Source: a virus (lineage: Duplodnaviria > Caudoviricetes). From it: 39,477 nt of DNA. A model generated the notes under the pieces. The model was not told the DNA's origin, searched no databases, and was given only the letters and a program-made list of their open reading frames with translations. This document shows positions 18,560 to 26,694 of the stretch, piece by piece. Numbering within the stretch: position 1 is the stretch's first letter; every line of letters starts with the position of its first letter. The stretch is from IMG/VR virus record IMGVR_UViG_3300012931_000040, positions 1-39,477 of that record. One strand, 5' to 3'. Position numbers and translations under genes: made by a program.

Positions 18560-20509
18560 ATGACAGTAGGAAGCACATACGCCCCAGCAAAATATACCGG
18601 AAATAGTTCAACTCTTGATTTTACATATTCGTTTCCTATTGGAGCTGCAACGTATTTAGAGGTTTATCTAGAGTTAATTTCTACCGGAGTTCAGACTTTA
18701 CAAACTCAAGGCTCAGATTATACCTTAGTTTTTGATGATACTGGCGGGACGGTAACTTTTGCTTCAGCTCCCACAGCTTTACAATATATTATTATATCTC
18801 GTAATGTTGCATTTGAACAACAAGTTTCATTAACTACATCTAAGGTTTTCGACCCGAAAGTTATCGAAGGAGCTTTAGATAAATTAACAGAACAAACTCA
18901 ACAGCTAAAAGAGTTTGATACTCGTGTCCCTAGTTTGCCTTTAGGTTCTCCTATAACAAGTGTTTCTATTCCTACTCCTTCAGTAGGCAAGGCTTTATTA
19001 TGGAATTCTACGGCTGATAATTTAATTAACTCTACTGATGATTTTAATGACATTGTAACTGATGCAACAGCACAAGCGGGCATAGCCACTACGCAAGCAG
19101 GATTAGCTACGACACAAGCAGGGTTAGCTACGACACAAGCAGGGTTAGCTACGACACAAGCAGGGTTAGCAAATACCGCAAGGATAGCTGCTGAACTAGC
19201 AGAAACAAACGCCGAAACGGCTGAGGCATTAGCCGAAGATTGGGCTAGTAAAATTAATGGGCAAGTGGATAGCACAGATTATTCATCTAAGGCTTACGCT
19301 ATCGGAGGCACAGGAGTTACTACAGCTATCGGAGCAGCAAAAGAATGGGCGGTTACTCTAGGGGCAGCGGTCATAGCTGGTTATTACTCTGCTAAAGAAT
19401 GGGCTGTTGGTACATTCACTCGAGGGGCAAGCGGTGGGGGTTCCGCTAAAGATTGGGCTACTTACACATCTGGAACAGTAGATAACGCCGAATACTCTGC
19501 TAAGTACTATGCTAATTTAGCCGACGTAGACAAGATAGCCTGGATGGGCACTTGGAGTGCAGGTACTTATAATCAAAGTGAAGCTGTTGAAAAAGATGGT
19601 ACAAGTTACATTGTTAACACAACATCCACAAGTGAAACTCCAAGCGGGAGCGCAACTGACTGGGACGTTTTGGCATTAAAGGGAACAGACGGTACAGGTG
19701 CAGGAGATGTAGGTTCTAATACTACGACATCTGTTGATAATGAAATTGTCTTATTTTCAGGAACTGGCGGTAAAACAATAAAGAGAGCAACAACTACTGG
19801 AATTGTTAAAGCAGCTTCAGGCGTTATAAGTGCCGCCGCTGCTGGAACTGATTATGTCGTACCTAGCGGTTCTGTAGCAACATTAACAACAGCTAGAAAT
19901 ATAAACGGTATGGCATTTAACGGTTCTGAGGATATTAACAACTACACTACTTGCTCTACTGACGCAGGAACAGCTGCTAAAACTGCTGCTTTAACCGGCT
20001 TCAGTTTAACCACAGGCGCTAGGGTTTCGGTTTTATTTTCTAATGCTAACACTGCTGCAACACCAACTTTAAATGTTAATTCTACAGGTGCTGTTTCTAT
20101 CGCTTCTGAATATGGAACGGCCTGCTCTGCAACTAACCCAGCTTATTTTCCAGCCGGCTCACTTGTAGAGTTTGTTTATGACGGGACTTACTTTAGATTT
20201 AAAAATAAAATAGTTCGAAGTTATGTAAACGGGACTTCTTGGTATAAACAATGGACAGATGGATTTATTAGGCAAGGTGGGACATTTTCTTTCACATCCG
20301 GCAATCAAACACCACAGAGCATTACTTTCCCATTGGCGTTTACTAGCGCTTGTCTAAATATCTTCATGGGCTCATTTCCTTATACAGGGGGTTATTTAAG
20401 ATGTTTTTATTCATATTCATATTCTACAACTACATTTTCTTGGACATCAGATAGTCTTAACGCTTCGGGAGCATCGGGTACAGTAGCTTGGGAAGCTGCA
20501 GGATATTAA
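18560..20509 (+). CDS. Tail fibre protein
   Basis: T7 gp17-like N-terminus (YTGN...F.Y.F, ALDKLT..QQ), AKEWA repeats, gp53-like C-terminus (DGFIRQGG...ITFP.AF...W.A.GY). Confidence 0.9.
   Translation: MTVGSTYAPAKYTGNSSTLDFTYSFPIGAATYLEVYLELISTGVQTLQTQGSDYTLVFDDTGGTVTFASAPTALQYIIISRNVAFEQQVSLTTSKVFDPKVIEGALDKLTEQTQQLKEFDTRVPSLPLGSPITSVSIPTPSVGKALLWNSTADNLINSTDDFNDIVTDATAQAGIATTQAGLATTQAGLATTQAGLATTQAGLANTARIAAELAETNAETAEALAEDWASKINGQVDSTDYSSKAYAIGGTGVTTAIGAAKEWAVTLGAAVIAGYYSAKEWAVGTFTRGASGGGSAKDWATYTSGTVDNAEYSAKYYANLADVDKIAWMGTWSAGTYNQSEAVEKDGTSYIVNTTSTSETPSGSATDWDVLALKGTDGTGAGDVGSNTTTSVDNEIVLFSGTGGKTIKRATTTGIVKAASGVISAAAAGTDYVVPSGSVATLTTARNINGMAFNGSEDINNYTTCSTDAGTAAKTAALTGFSLTTGARVSVLFSNANTAATPTLNVNSTGAVSIASEYGTACSATNPAYFPAGSLVEFVYDGTYFRFKNKIVRSYVNGTSWYKQWTDGFIRQGGTFSFTSGNQTPQSITFPLAFTSACLNIFMGSFPYTGGYLRCFYSYSYSTTTFSWTSDSLNASGASGTVAWEAAGY
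19070..19171 (+). repeat. 21-bp coding tandem repeat (about 5 x TQAGLAT)
   Basis: acacaagcagggttagctacg repeated, first two copies degenerate. Confidence 0.95.
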
Positions 20510-20526
20510 TTTAAGGAGAAAAATAA

Positions 20527-21198
20527 ATGACAAATAATACTTATGAAATAGGGCAAACTTTCGAAGGAGCGTATCCTCCCGAAGCCGCAATTTGGTGTAA
20601 TGAGAATGGAGCTTATATTGGTTTAGTAGATGGTATTTATCAAATTATCGCGGCTACAGTTACTATTGATGGGGAAGAGTGCAGCATAGATAGCGATAAA
20701 TATAAATGTTATCTATGCTACAACTCAGACCTACACCTAACAGCATGCTCTACTTGTACGATAGGAACCTTGGCAGAAAAAAAAGTTTGTAAGAAATCTG
20801 TTATTAAATCTAACCGTGATGCTAAATATTCAGAAGGAATTAAATGTACCATTGACGAGATTGATTATTACATCAAGGCTGACTCAAATACTTTAGCTCA
20901 ATCTTCTGCTAAAGACAATTCAATATCTAAGGGGACTGGAACAGAATCGCAGAAAAAGTCTTGGGTATTCGATGGGATTTATGTTGATGGCGTTGTAACC
21001 TTATGTAAGACTAAAGTATCGCTTGCAACCTCAAATGATATGTCACAGTTAATGGCAAATATCGGTGATTATTTTGAGAGAATGCAACAACACTATGGAG
21101 ATTTAATCATAGCGGTTCAAGATGCTGCTACGGTTGAAGCTGTACAGGCTTGTAGTACAAGTTTCAGTACAGTAAGTAATGACGTAACACCTAGTTAG
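20527..21198 (+). CDS. Tail fibre assembly/chaperone-like (DUF4376-like)
   Basis: Follows fibre; YPPEAA.WCN N-terminus and A.TVE.V C-terminus. Confidence 0.6.
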   Translation: MTNNTYEIGQTFEGAYPPEAAIWCNENGAYIGLVDGIYQIIAATVTIDGEECSIDSDKYKCYLCYNSDLHLTACSTCTIGTLAEKKVCKKSVIKSNRDAKYSEGIKCTIDEIDYYIKADSNTLAQSSAKDNSISKGTGTESQKKSWVFDGIYVDGVVTLCKTKVSLATSNDMSQLMANIGDYFERMQQHYGDLIIAVQDAATVEAVQACSTSFSTVSNDVTPS

Positions 21199-21208
21199 GA
21201 GAAGTAAT

Positions 21209-21238
21209 ATGCCTTGTGGAAAGAAAGGAAAGAAATAA
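21209..21238 (+). CDS. Micro-peptide MPCGKKGKK
   Basis: AGGAG RBS; TAATG coupling to next ORF. Confidence 0.55.
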   Translation: MPCGKKGKK

Positions 21239-21279
21239 TGTCAGTAGGTCGTAGAGGCAAGAAGAAGAAGAAGAAATAA
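21238..21279 (+). CDS. Micro-peptide MSVGRRGKKKKKK
   Basis: AAGGA RBS; TAATG coupling on both sides. Confidence 0.55.
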   Translation: MSVGRRGKKKKKK

Positions 21280-21995
21280 TGTTCTATTTACTTAACATAG
21301 TTTATTGGATATTAGATTTCTGGCAAATCAAGGTGTATGATGATTTTATCGACACCTTGATACTTGCTCAAATTATTGTGATTAATGGATTATGGTTTTA
21401 CGCTTACAATGAAAAAACCTTAATGACAAGAAGCGTTTGTGTTTCTTATATGTATTACAGCGTTTATAATTTATTAGCTACCTTATTCTTTGTTCAAACT
21501 GAATATTCAGTAATTTATAATACCTGTTTATTCTTCGTATTAGTTAATTATCAAGTTTATAAAAGTTATTCTCTACCTAATGATAAAATTAATCCTGAAA
21601 ATGTATGTTTAGCTTTTTATAAACCTAAGACGTTTTGGCAATATACATTAAGTTTATTCGGTAGTCCTGTGAGCTCTCCTTGTTTAATTCTTGGAGATAA
21701 AAATTATAGGCTTTCTAAGACTGAAATCAACCCTATTATTGATAATAATGAAATATCTGAGGATTATGCTATATTAGATACAGGAGTTAAAATAACCGAG
21801 GAAATTATCGAAGCAGCTAAGTTAATAAAAAATCAGCCTGTTAGAAACTTTAGCAGCTTGTATTTAAGATTAAATTGTGTTAGAATATTAAAACCAGTCT
21901 TGAGCGAGATGCCCAGAAAATGGCGCTATAGATTTATGGATTGGCTCCCTGCAATTTATTTATCTAGGCGGTTAGAATGGTCAAAAAAATGTTAA
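21279..21995 (+). CDS. Membrane protein, hypothetical
   Basis: About 4 hydrophobic segments in N-terminal 95 aa, soluble C-terminal domain. Confidence 0.65.
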   Translation: MFYLLNIVYWILDFWQIKVYDDFIDTLILAQIIVINGLWFYAYNEKTLMTRSVCVSYMYYSVYNLLATLFFVQTEYSVIYNTCLFFVLVNYQVYKSYSLPNDKINPENVCLAFYKPKTFWQYTLSLFGSPVSSPCLILGDKNYRLSKTEINPIIDNNEISEDYAILDTGVKITEEIIEAAKLIKNQPVRNFSSLYLRLNCVRILKPVLSEMPRKWRYRFMDWLPAIYLSRRLEWSKKC

Positions 21996-22279
21996 CTGAT
22001 GAACAATTAGAAGCTTTAATTGAGAAGGCAGCAGAAAGAGCAGAAGTAAGAACTCGTAAAGAGATACTTAAATATGTTAAAGTTATCACAAAAATTGACC
22101 CAACTTCAGATAAAGGAATACAAGAATTAAGTGAAATATGTAGTTGGGCAAGAAGCGCCAAGAGTGGAAGCAAATGGGCTTTTATAACTTTCTTTAGCAC
22201 TATAATAGGAGGAGTAGCAATGGGCTTTCTTTATGTAATATATGAAGGTGTAAAAGGATTTTTAGGAGCAAGTGAATGA
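21977..22279 (+). CDS. Holin-like single-TM protein
   Basis: C-terminal TM helix; ATGA-coupled to endolysin. Confidence 0.5.
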   Translation: MVKKMLTDEQLEALIEKAAERAEVRTRKEILKYVKVITKIDPTSDKGIQELSEICSWARSAKSGSKWAFITFFSTIIGGVAMGFLYVIYEGVKGFLGASE

Positions 22280-22638
22280 GTTCATTTTCAAAACGTTCAA
22301 AGGAAAATCTATCTCAATGTGATATCAGACTACAAAAGATATTCAACGAGGTTATTTTAATAACTGACTGCGCGGTTATCTGTGGACATCGTGGAGAAGA
22401 AGAACAAAACAAAGCTTATAATGAAGGTAAATCTAAACTAAAATATCCACAAAGTAAGCATAACAAAATCCCAAGTCAGGCAGTTGATGTCGTGCCATTT
22501 CCCATAGATTGGAGTAATATTGAGAGATTTAAGGAATTAGCAAGTAAGGTAAAACAAATTGCTGAGGACTTAGACATTAAAATTGAATGCGGTTGTGATT
22601 GGAAATGGAAGGATTTTCCACACTTTCAAGTTGATTAA
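22276..22638 (+). CDS. Endolysin, M15-family L-Ala-D-Glu peptidase
   Basis: GHR...Q, SKH......AVD, D.PHFQ zinc-ligand motifs. Confidence 0.92.
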   Translation: MSSFSKRSKENLSQCDIRLQKIFNEVILITDCAVICGHRGEEEQNKAYNEGKSKLKYPQSKHNKIPSQAVDVVPFPIDWSNIERFKELASKVKQIAEDLDIKIECGCDWKWKDFPHFQVD

Positions 22639-22658
22639 TATTATTAATATGTTATAAT
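22631..22658 (+). promoter_or_regulatory. Promoter of NUMOD4-HNH gene
   Basis: TTGATT-16-TATAAT with TGn extension. Confidence 0.55.
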
Positions 22659-22666
22659 TTATTTTT

Positions 22667-22733
22667 AAGGGGATAGAGTAGCTCTTGATAAGCAAATATT
22701 CCGAATTTGTTTCCTCTTATCAACCAATCGGAA
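22667..22733 (+). promoter_or_regulatory. Structured leader (3-way junction plus pseudoknot candidate)
   Basis: aagggga/tcctctt closing stem, two internal hairpins, loop TTCCGA complementary to downstream TCGGAA. Confidence 0.45.
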
Positions 22734-22752
22734 AATACTACGGAGGTATATT

Positions 22753-23331
22753 ATGGAAGAATGGAAGAAAATTAACGGTTATGATGGTTATTTTGTATCT
22801 AATGAAGGGAGAGTAAAATCATATCGTCAAGATAAAATAGATGGTGTTGTTCTAAACCCCTCTCTTGATAGCAAGGGTAATTATTTACAACTAAGTTTGC
22901 GTGTTAATAAAAGAACTAAGATGTGTCGTGTTCATAGGCTTGTTGCGGAGTCATTTATATTAAATACTTATGGTAAACCTCAGGTAAATCATAAGGATTG
23001 TAATAAGAAAAATAATAAAGTAGAAAATTTAGAATGGGTTACAAGAAATGAAAATTCTAAACACGCTTTTGATAATGGACTAATTATTATGCCCACTCCA
23101 TTTAAAGGTAAGTTCGGAGCAGAACATAATAAAAGTAAGCAATATAAATTACAATGCCCTAATGGGGGAATAAAAGTATACGGTAGCGGATTAGAATTTC
23201 ATAGAGAAACTGGATTAGACCATACTTCACTATCTTACGCTTCCAGAAAGAAATTGCCATATAAATTTAGTAGCCATTTCAGACTTAATGGATACACGTT
23301 ATTAGAGGTTAATAATTATGAACTGGTTTAG
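22753..23331 (+). CDS. NUMOD4-HNH homing endonuclease
   Basis: EEWK.I.GY..Y.VSN.GRVKS, VHRLVA..F, VNHKD.NK.NN...NLEW. Confidence 0.93.
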   Translation: MEEWKKINGYDGYFVSNEGRVKSYRQDKIDGVVLNPSLDSKGNYLQLSLRVNKRTKMCRVHRLVAESFILNTYGKPQVNHKDCNKKNNKVENLEWVTRNENSKHAFDNGLIIMPTPFKGKFGAEHNKSKQYKLQCPNGGIKVYGSGLEFHRETGLDHTSLSYASRKKLPYKFSSHFRLNGYTLLEVNNYELV

Positions 23332-23671
23332 TAATATAAAAAACATACTATATCTATCAGGAGCGATTTTAATCGTTTCTAGCTTAATCTGGTTGAATTG
23401 GTTGTGGAATAGCCGAGCTTATTATAAAGAGCTTACAGCTACCCAGCAATCAACAATAACTAATATGGAAACTGATATGATTAAGAAACAACAAGCTTTA
23501 ATTAAACTTGAGGAAATCCAATCACAAACTAAAAAACAAATGGATAAGTACCGTAAACTTGTGGAGGCAAGCAAAGATGATAAAGAATTTAATGAATGGC
23601 GTAATGATAAGTTGCCTAGTATTGTTGTTAACAGCTTGCGCGACGAAGATAACAACGCAAAGCCCAAGTGA
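23318..23671 (+). CDS. i-spanin (Rz-like)
   Basis: N-terminal TM, coiled coil, W...LP..V...L C-terminus. Confidence 0.8.
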   Translation: MNWFSNIKNILYLSGAILIVSSLIWLNWLWNSRAYYKELTATQQSTITNMETDMIKKQQALIKLEEIQSQTKKQMDKYRKLVEASKDDKEFNEWRNDKLPSIVVNSLRDEDNNAKPK

Positions 23672-23813
23672 AGCTTTATTAATTAAGTCTGAAACTCCTA
23701 ATTTAACCTGCTCTACAAATGAATGTTTATTTGCCTATGCTTCGGAGCTTAAGGCTAAACTCGACGAAGCTAATCTTAAACTTGAGGCATTAAAGAATGA
23801 AAGTAAACTATAA
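23577..23813 (+). CDS. o-spanin lipoprotein (Rz1-like)
   Basis: GGAGG RBS, overlaps Rz in another frame, lipobox LLTA-C. Confidence 0.8.
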   Translation: MIKNLMNGVMISCLVLLLTACATKITTQSPSEALLIKSETPNLTCSTNECLFAYASELKAKLDEANLKLEALKNESKL

Positions 23814-24021
23814 GACTTTCTGGATTATTATTTGTCAATACTCAATAGCTATAGGGTTCGTTTACAATTGTTCATATTTAATTCTTAGTAATTTTATCAA
23901 TTTAATGCCTGTAACTCAGGAATATTCAGAATTTATATTGTGGGGATTTACCGTGTGTTCTGGAGGTCAAATACTCAAGAAGCATTTTATAAAAGAAAAG
24001 ATTGACAATAATCAAGAATAG
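23797..24021 (+). CDS. Two-TM membrane protein
   Basis: Two hydrophobic segments, charged C-terminus. Confidence 0.55.
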   Translation: MKVNYKTFWIIICQYSIAIGFVYNCSYLILSNFINLMPVTQEYSEFILWGFTVCSGGQILKKHFIKEKIDNNQE

Positions 24022-24029
24022 TTTATAAT
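24002..24029 (+). promoter_or_regulatory. Sigma70 promoter
   Basis: TTGACA-16-TATAAT. Confidence 0.7.
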
Positions 24030-24077
24030 CTCTATGCTAGAGATAGCTAATCAGACAGACAAATAAGGAGATATAAA

Positions 24078-24389
24078 ATGATAATACAATATTACAAAGG
24101 TGATTTCAAATATATATTAGACAATGTTACTGATATTAGATTCCAACATAGTGTTGGAGAAAAAGATAAGAAATATACTCTAGAAGAGTTTTGGAGAGAA
24201 GCGGAAAAATATGATAACAATATCTTAGTTTCTAATAAAGAAACTCCTATTGAAATTAATAAGTTGCACAAAACTTTAGTGACTTTCGTTAAAAATGGTA
24301 GAAATTACATAATGCTAATTATAGAAGGCACAGTAGTTTATTTATGTAATGATAATGGGAAAACACTAGAACAAATAAATTTAGTTTAA
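24078..24389 (+). CDS. Hypothetical phage protein (YL.NDNGKT.E family)
   Basis: TAAGGAG RBS, own promoter. Confidence 0.8.
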   Translation: MIIQYYKGDFKYILDNVTDIRFQHSVGEKDKKYTLEEFWREAEKYDNNILVSNKETPIEINKLHKTLVTFVKNGRNYIMLIIEGTVVYLCNDNGKTLEQINLV

Positions 24390-24400
24390 GTTTATTTAGC

Positions 24401-24429
24401 TTGACAACCGTGAATAACTATGTTACTAT
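24401..24429 (+). promoter_or_regulatory. Sigma70 promoter facing non-coding DNA
   Basis: TTGACA-17-TACTAT with TG extension. Confidence 0.75.
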
Positions 24430-24435
24430 TTAATC

Positions 24436-24657
24436 ATAAGCACACAAGATGCTTTACTAAAAAATAACTCTAGGGCTGCAATTTAAGTTTCCCCAAACAC
24501 CACCACCGCAGCCCTTTTATTTGTTCTACCAAGATGTAGAATAAATTTCGGTATCGCTAAGGCGTAATCCGCTAATATCTTTATAAAGCCAATATCGACA
24601 CAACATAATCACTTGTTTTTTTTATTAGAACGTCTGCAATTTGCCGGCGTTCTTTTT
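24436..24657 (+). ncRNA. Candidate ~220-nt multi-hairpin small RNA
   Basis: Stems at 24438-24454, 24472-24515, 24519-24546, about 24548-24598, terminator 24627-24657; no RBS/ORF. Confidence 0.55.
24627..24657 (+). terminator. Intrinsic terminator
   Basis: agaacgtc.gcaa/ttgc.ggcgttct plus T tract. Confidence 0.75.
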
Positions 24658-24663
24658 ATGTAT

Positions 24664-24690
24664 AAAAAAGCCCACCGATATACGATGGGC
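24664..24690 (-). terminator. Intrinsic terminator
   Basis: gcccatcg-loop-cggtgggc then TTTTTT on minus strand. Confidence 0.8.
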
Positions 24691-24763
24691 GCACTAGGGG
24701 CAGGATAATCACGTCCCTAGCGGGATATTATTATGCAATAGATTTGAACCCCCGTTGCATAAC
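24664..24763 (-). ncRNA. Candidate ~100-nt three-hairpin small RNA
   Basis: Stems 24731-24762, 24694-24720, 24670-24690 plus U6; promoter at 24770-24798. Confidence 0.55.
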
Positions 24764-24769
24764 AATTAG

Positions 24770-24798
24770 ATAGTAATACAAATTTATATAAATGTAAA
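24770..24798 (-). promoter_or_regulatory. Sigma70 promoter (leftward)
   Basis: TTTACA-17-TACTAT on minus strand. Confidence 0.65.
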
Positions 24799-24901
24799 GA
24801 AAAAAGAGGATTGTCTATTGACTTTCCTCTTTTTGTTTGATATTGTTTTAATGTTTGGTAGTGCTGTTTTACTTAATGTAAATTTTTACAATGAGGTTAA
24901 T

Positions 24902-25531
24902 ATGCGTACCAAAAAGTATTTAGAAAAGACCATAGAGATATTAAATCAATATGGTTATTCATTTAATAAAATATCAAATCAGACCAGAATAGACGTATGT
25001 TCAGTTTTGAATAAAAACTTTGGAATATATAATTATAGAAAGAGCAATAAACCAAAACAATTAAGAATGATGGCTTACTTCCTGTCTTTATTGGGCATAG
25101 ATACGCCTATGTCTATAGTGGTTAATCCCAGAGGTATATTGGGTTTAAATGAAGATAAGTTAATATTATCTAAGAATCAAAGGATAATAAAAGAAAAAAT
25201 AAATAAGGTTATAGTAACTAATAATGTAAATACAGACAAAGAACGCTTAAATACATTAACTAGCAGAGGTTATTTGTATTCAAGAGAGAATGCTATTAAA
25301 CTATATAAGTCCGAAGAATGGAGAAGTTTAAGATACGAAGTACTGAAAGAGCAAGGTGGAGTTTGTCAACTATGCGGACGTTCTAAGAAACACGGTGTAG
25401 TATTGCACGTTGACCACATTAAGCCATTATCTAAAAACTGGGAATTAAGACTTACAAAGTCAAACCTTCAAGTTTTATGCGAGGATTGCAATCTAGGTAA
25501 GAGTAATAAAGATTGTATAGACTGGAGGTAA
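24902..25531 (+). CDS. HNH endonuclease (Zn-binding)
   Basis: GAGGT RBS before ATG 24902; W..LR..VL, CQLC, LHVDHIKP, NLQVLCEDCN.GK. Confidence 0.92.
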   Translation: MRTKKYLEKTIEILNQYGYSFNKISNQTRIDVCSVLNKNFGIYNYRKSNKPKQLRMMAYFLSLLGIDTPMSIVVNPRGILGLNEDKLILSKNQRIIKEKINKVIVTNNVNTDKERLNTLTSRGYLYSRENAIKLYKSEEWRSLRYEVLKEQGGVCQLCGRSKKHGVVLHVDHIKPLSKNWELRLTKSNLQVLCEDCNLGKSNKDCIDWR

Positions 25532-25562
25532 CGGGGGTTCACTTATGTCTAATCTTCTCTTG

Positions 25563-25784
25563 TCAACCATTATCTAAGATTATACGCTTAGCGTGTTCTA
25601 ACATACCCAATGCCCTGAAGTAGTTTTTATAATCTGCCTTTAACCATACTGTTTTTATTCCTCCAGCTAGAAATATTATATCATAGAATTTATCATCTGG
25701 TATTTCATCAATGAATTTCTTAAGTTGTTCCTTTGTGAAATAATCATCATTATTTCTTGGTTTGAATTTTACTATGTTATCCAT
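25563..25784 (-). CDS. Hypothetical protein
   Basis: Coupled ORF, LGMLE.AK motif. Confidence 0.7.
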   Translation of the reverse strand: MDNIVKFKPRNNDDYFTKEQLKKFIDEIPDDKFYDIIFLAGGIKTVWLKADYKNYFRALGMLEHAKRIILDNG

Positions 25785-26098
25785 TAATCCTCTCTTCCTA
25801 ATTCATATTTATGCTTGAGTATCATTACAGTTTCAAAGTTAATTCCTAAACATTCAAGTCCGGTTAATAACACTCTTATAGTATCTATAAACTCTATTGC
25901 TAGTCCTTCAGGTTTATCGTTTATTATCTCATTTTTATATTGCTCTTTATCAATACACTCCCTAGCCTCGAATAATTCGTTTATAGCGGCATCTATAAAT
26001 TTGTGCATATCTGGTATGATTAAATCATCTTGTGTTATCTTACCCCTCCTTATTGCAATGGCGGCACATTCTTTTTGTAGTTTATCCATATCAATCAA
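25784..26098 (-). CDS. MazG-like nucleotide pyrophosphohydrolase
   Basis: EL.EA.E, KPEG...E..D, K..Y...R pattern. Confidence 0.75.
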   Translation of the reverse strand: MIDMDKLQKECAAIAIRRGKITQDDLIIPDMHKFIDAAINELFEARECIDKEQYKNEIINDKPEGLAIEFIDTIRVLLTGLECLGINFETVMILKHKYELGRED

Positions 26099-26373
26099 AA
26101 TAATATCTCCTTTATTTTCTTAGCACAGTTAACCACAGCATTAGAATCGTTATTTGATTGGATTTCATCTTGTAATAAAAATGTTTCGTATTTTCTAATC
26201 ATTGAAACAAACTCCTGCATATACTTTCCTGACTTAAGAGCTTTGTTGTAATGAGTTGTTAGAGCATCTTTAAACAATCTAATATCCTTAGTTGGGAGTT
26301 TTGAAATGCAGGCATCACACTTGTTTATTTCAATATTAATAAATTCATCTCTTATATAATCATCACTTGGCAT
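26095..26373 (-). CDS. Hypothetical protein
   Basis: AAGGAG RBS, coupled. Confidence 0.65.
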   Translation of the reverse strand: MPSDDYIRDEFINIEINKCDACISKLPTKDIRLFKDALTTHYNKALKSGKYMQEFVSMIRKYETFLLQDEIQSNNDSNAVVNCAKKIKEILF

Positions 26374-26527
26374 CTTCTTTTACTCCTTCAAAAAATAGTT
26401 TACCGTTTTTTCTATAAGTAGTTACTCCACGTTTGAATAAATTCTTAATGTATTTGTCAGCCTCTTGTTCATCTTCAGCCAAGCAAACGCATTTTATACC
26501 TTGATTTCTGTATTCTATTTTAATCAT
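26363..26527 (-). CDS. Hypothetical protein (54 aa, MIKIEYRNQG..., not in ORF track)
   Basis: GGGGA RBS, ATGA coupling. Confidence 0.6.
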   Translation of the reverse strand: MIKIEYRNQGIKCVCLAEDEQEADKYIKNLFKRGVTTYRKNGKLFFEGVKEDAK

Positions 26528-26694
26528 AATTCCCCCGTTACTGCTAAAGTTAACGCTACAGAAGGTTTAACTCCTGCCCTCGTGTATTTAATATATTTAC
26601 CGGCTGTTATGCAGAAAAATATCAAAGACAACCATACGATAAACATAGTAAAGTAAACAAATCGCATCTCTTTTTTAGTGACGTATCTATTCAT
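26524..26694 (-). CDS. Small membrane protein
   Basis: GGAG RBS before ATG 26694; one TM. Confidence 0.6.
   Translation of the reverse strand: MNRYVTKKEMRFVYFTMFIVWLSLIFFCITAGKYIKYTRAGVKPSVALTLAVTGEL

Noticed and set aside
19070-19171. CRISPR array
   Set aside because: Tandem coding repeats without spacers; same for 32812-33160
1457-19275. Minus-strand ORFs within structural genes
   Set aside because: Antisense shadows with no RBS or motifs
20230-20509. Diversity-generating retroelement targeting the tail fibre tip
   Set aside because: No reverse transcriptase and no template-repeat copy seen; terminal-overlap SNPs are not adenine-specific
24498-24509. Chi-like GGTGGTGG on minus strand
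   Set aside because: Single occurrence, host unknown; better explained as part of the hairpin loop
24741-24757. tRNA gene or attP (minus strand GGGGGTTCAAATC resembles a T-arm)
   Set aside because: T-stem 3' side, acceptor and anticodon arms absent; no integrase in window
24818-24901. TTG-start extension of the HNH gene
   Set aside because: Region looks like a promoter (TTGACT) and the SD lies before ATG 24902
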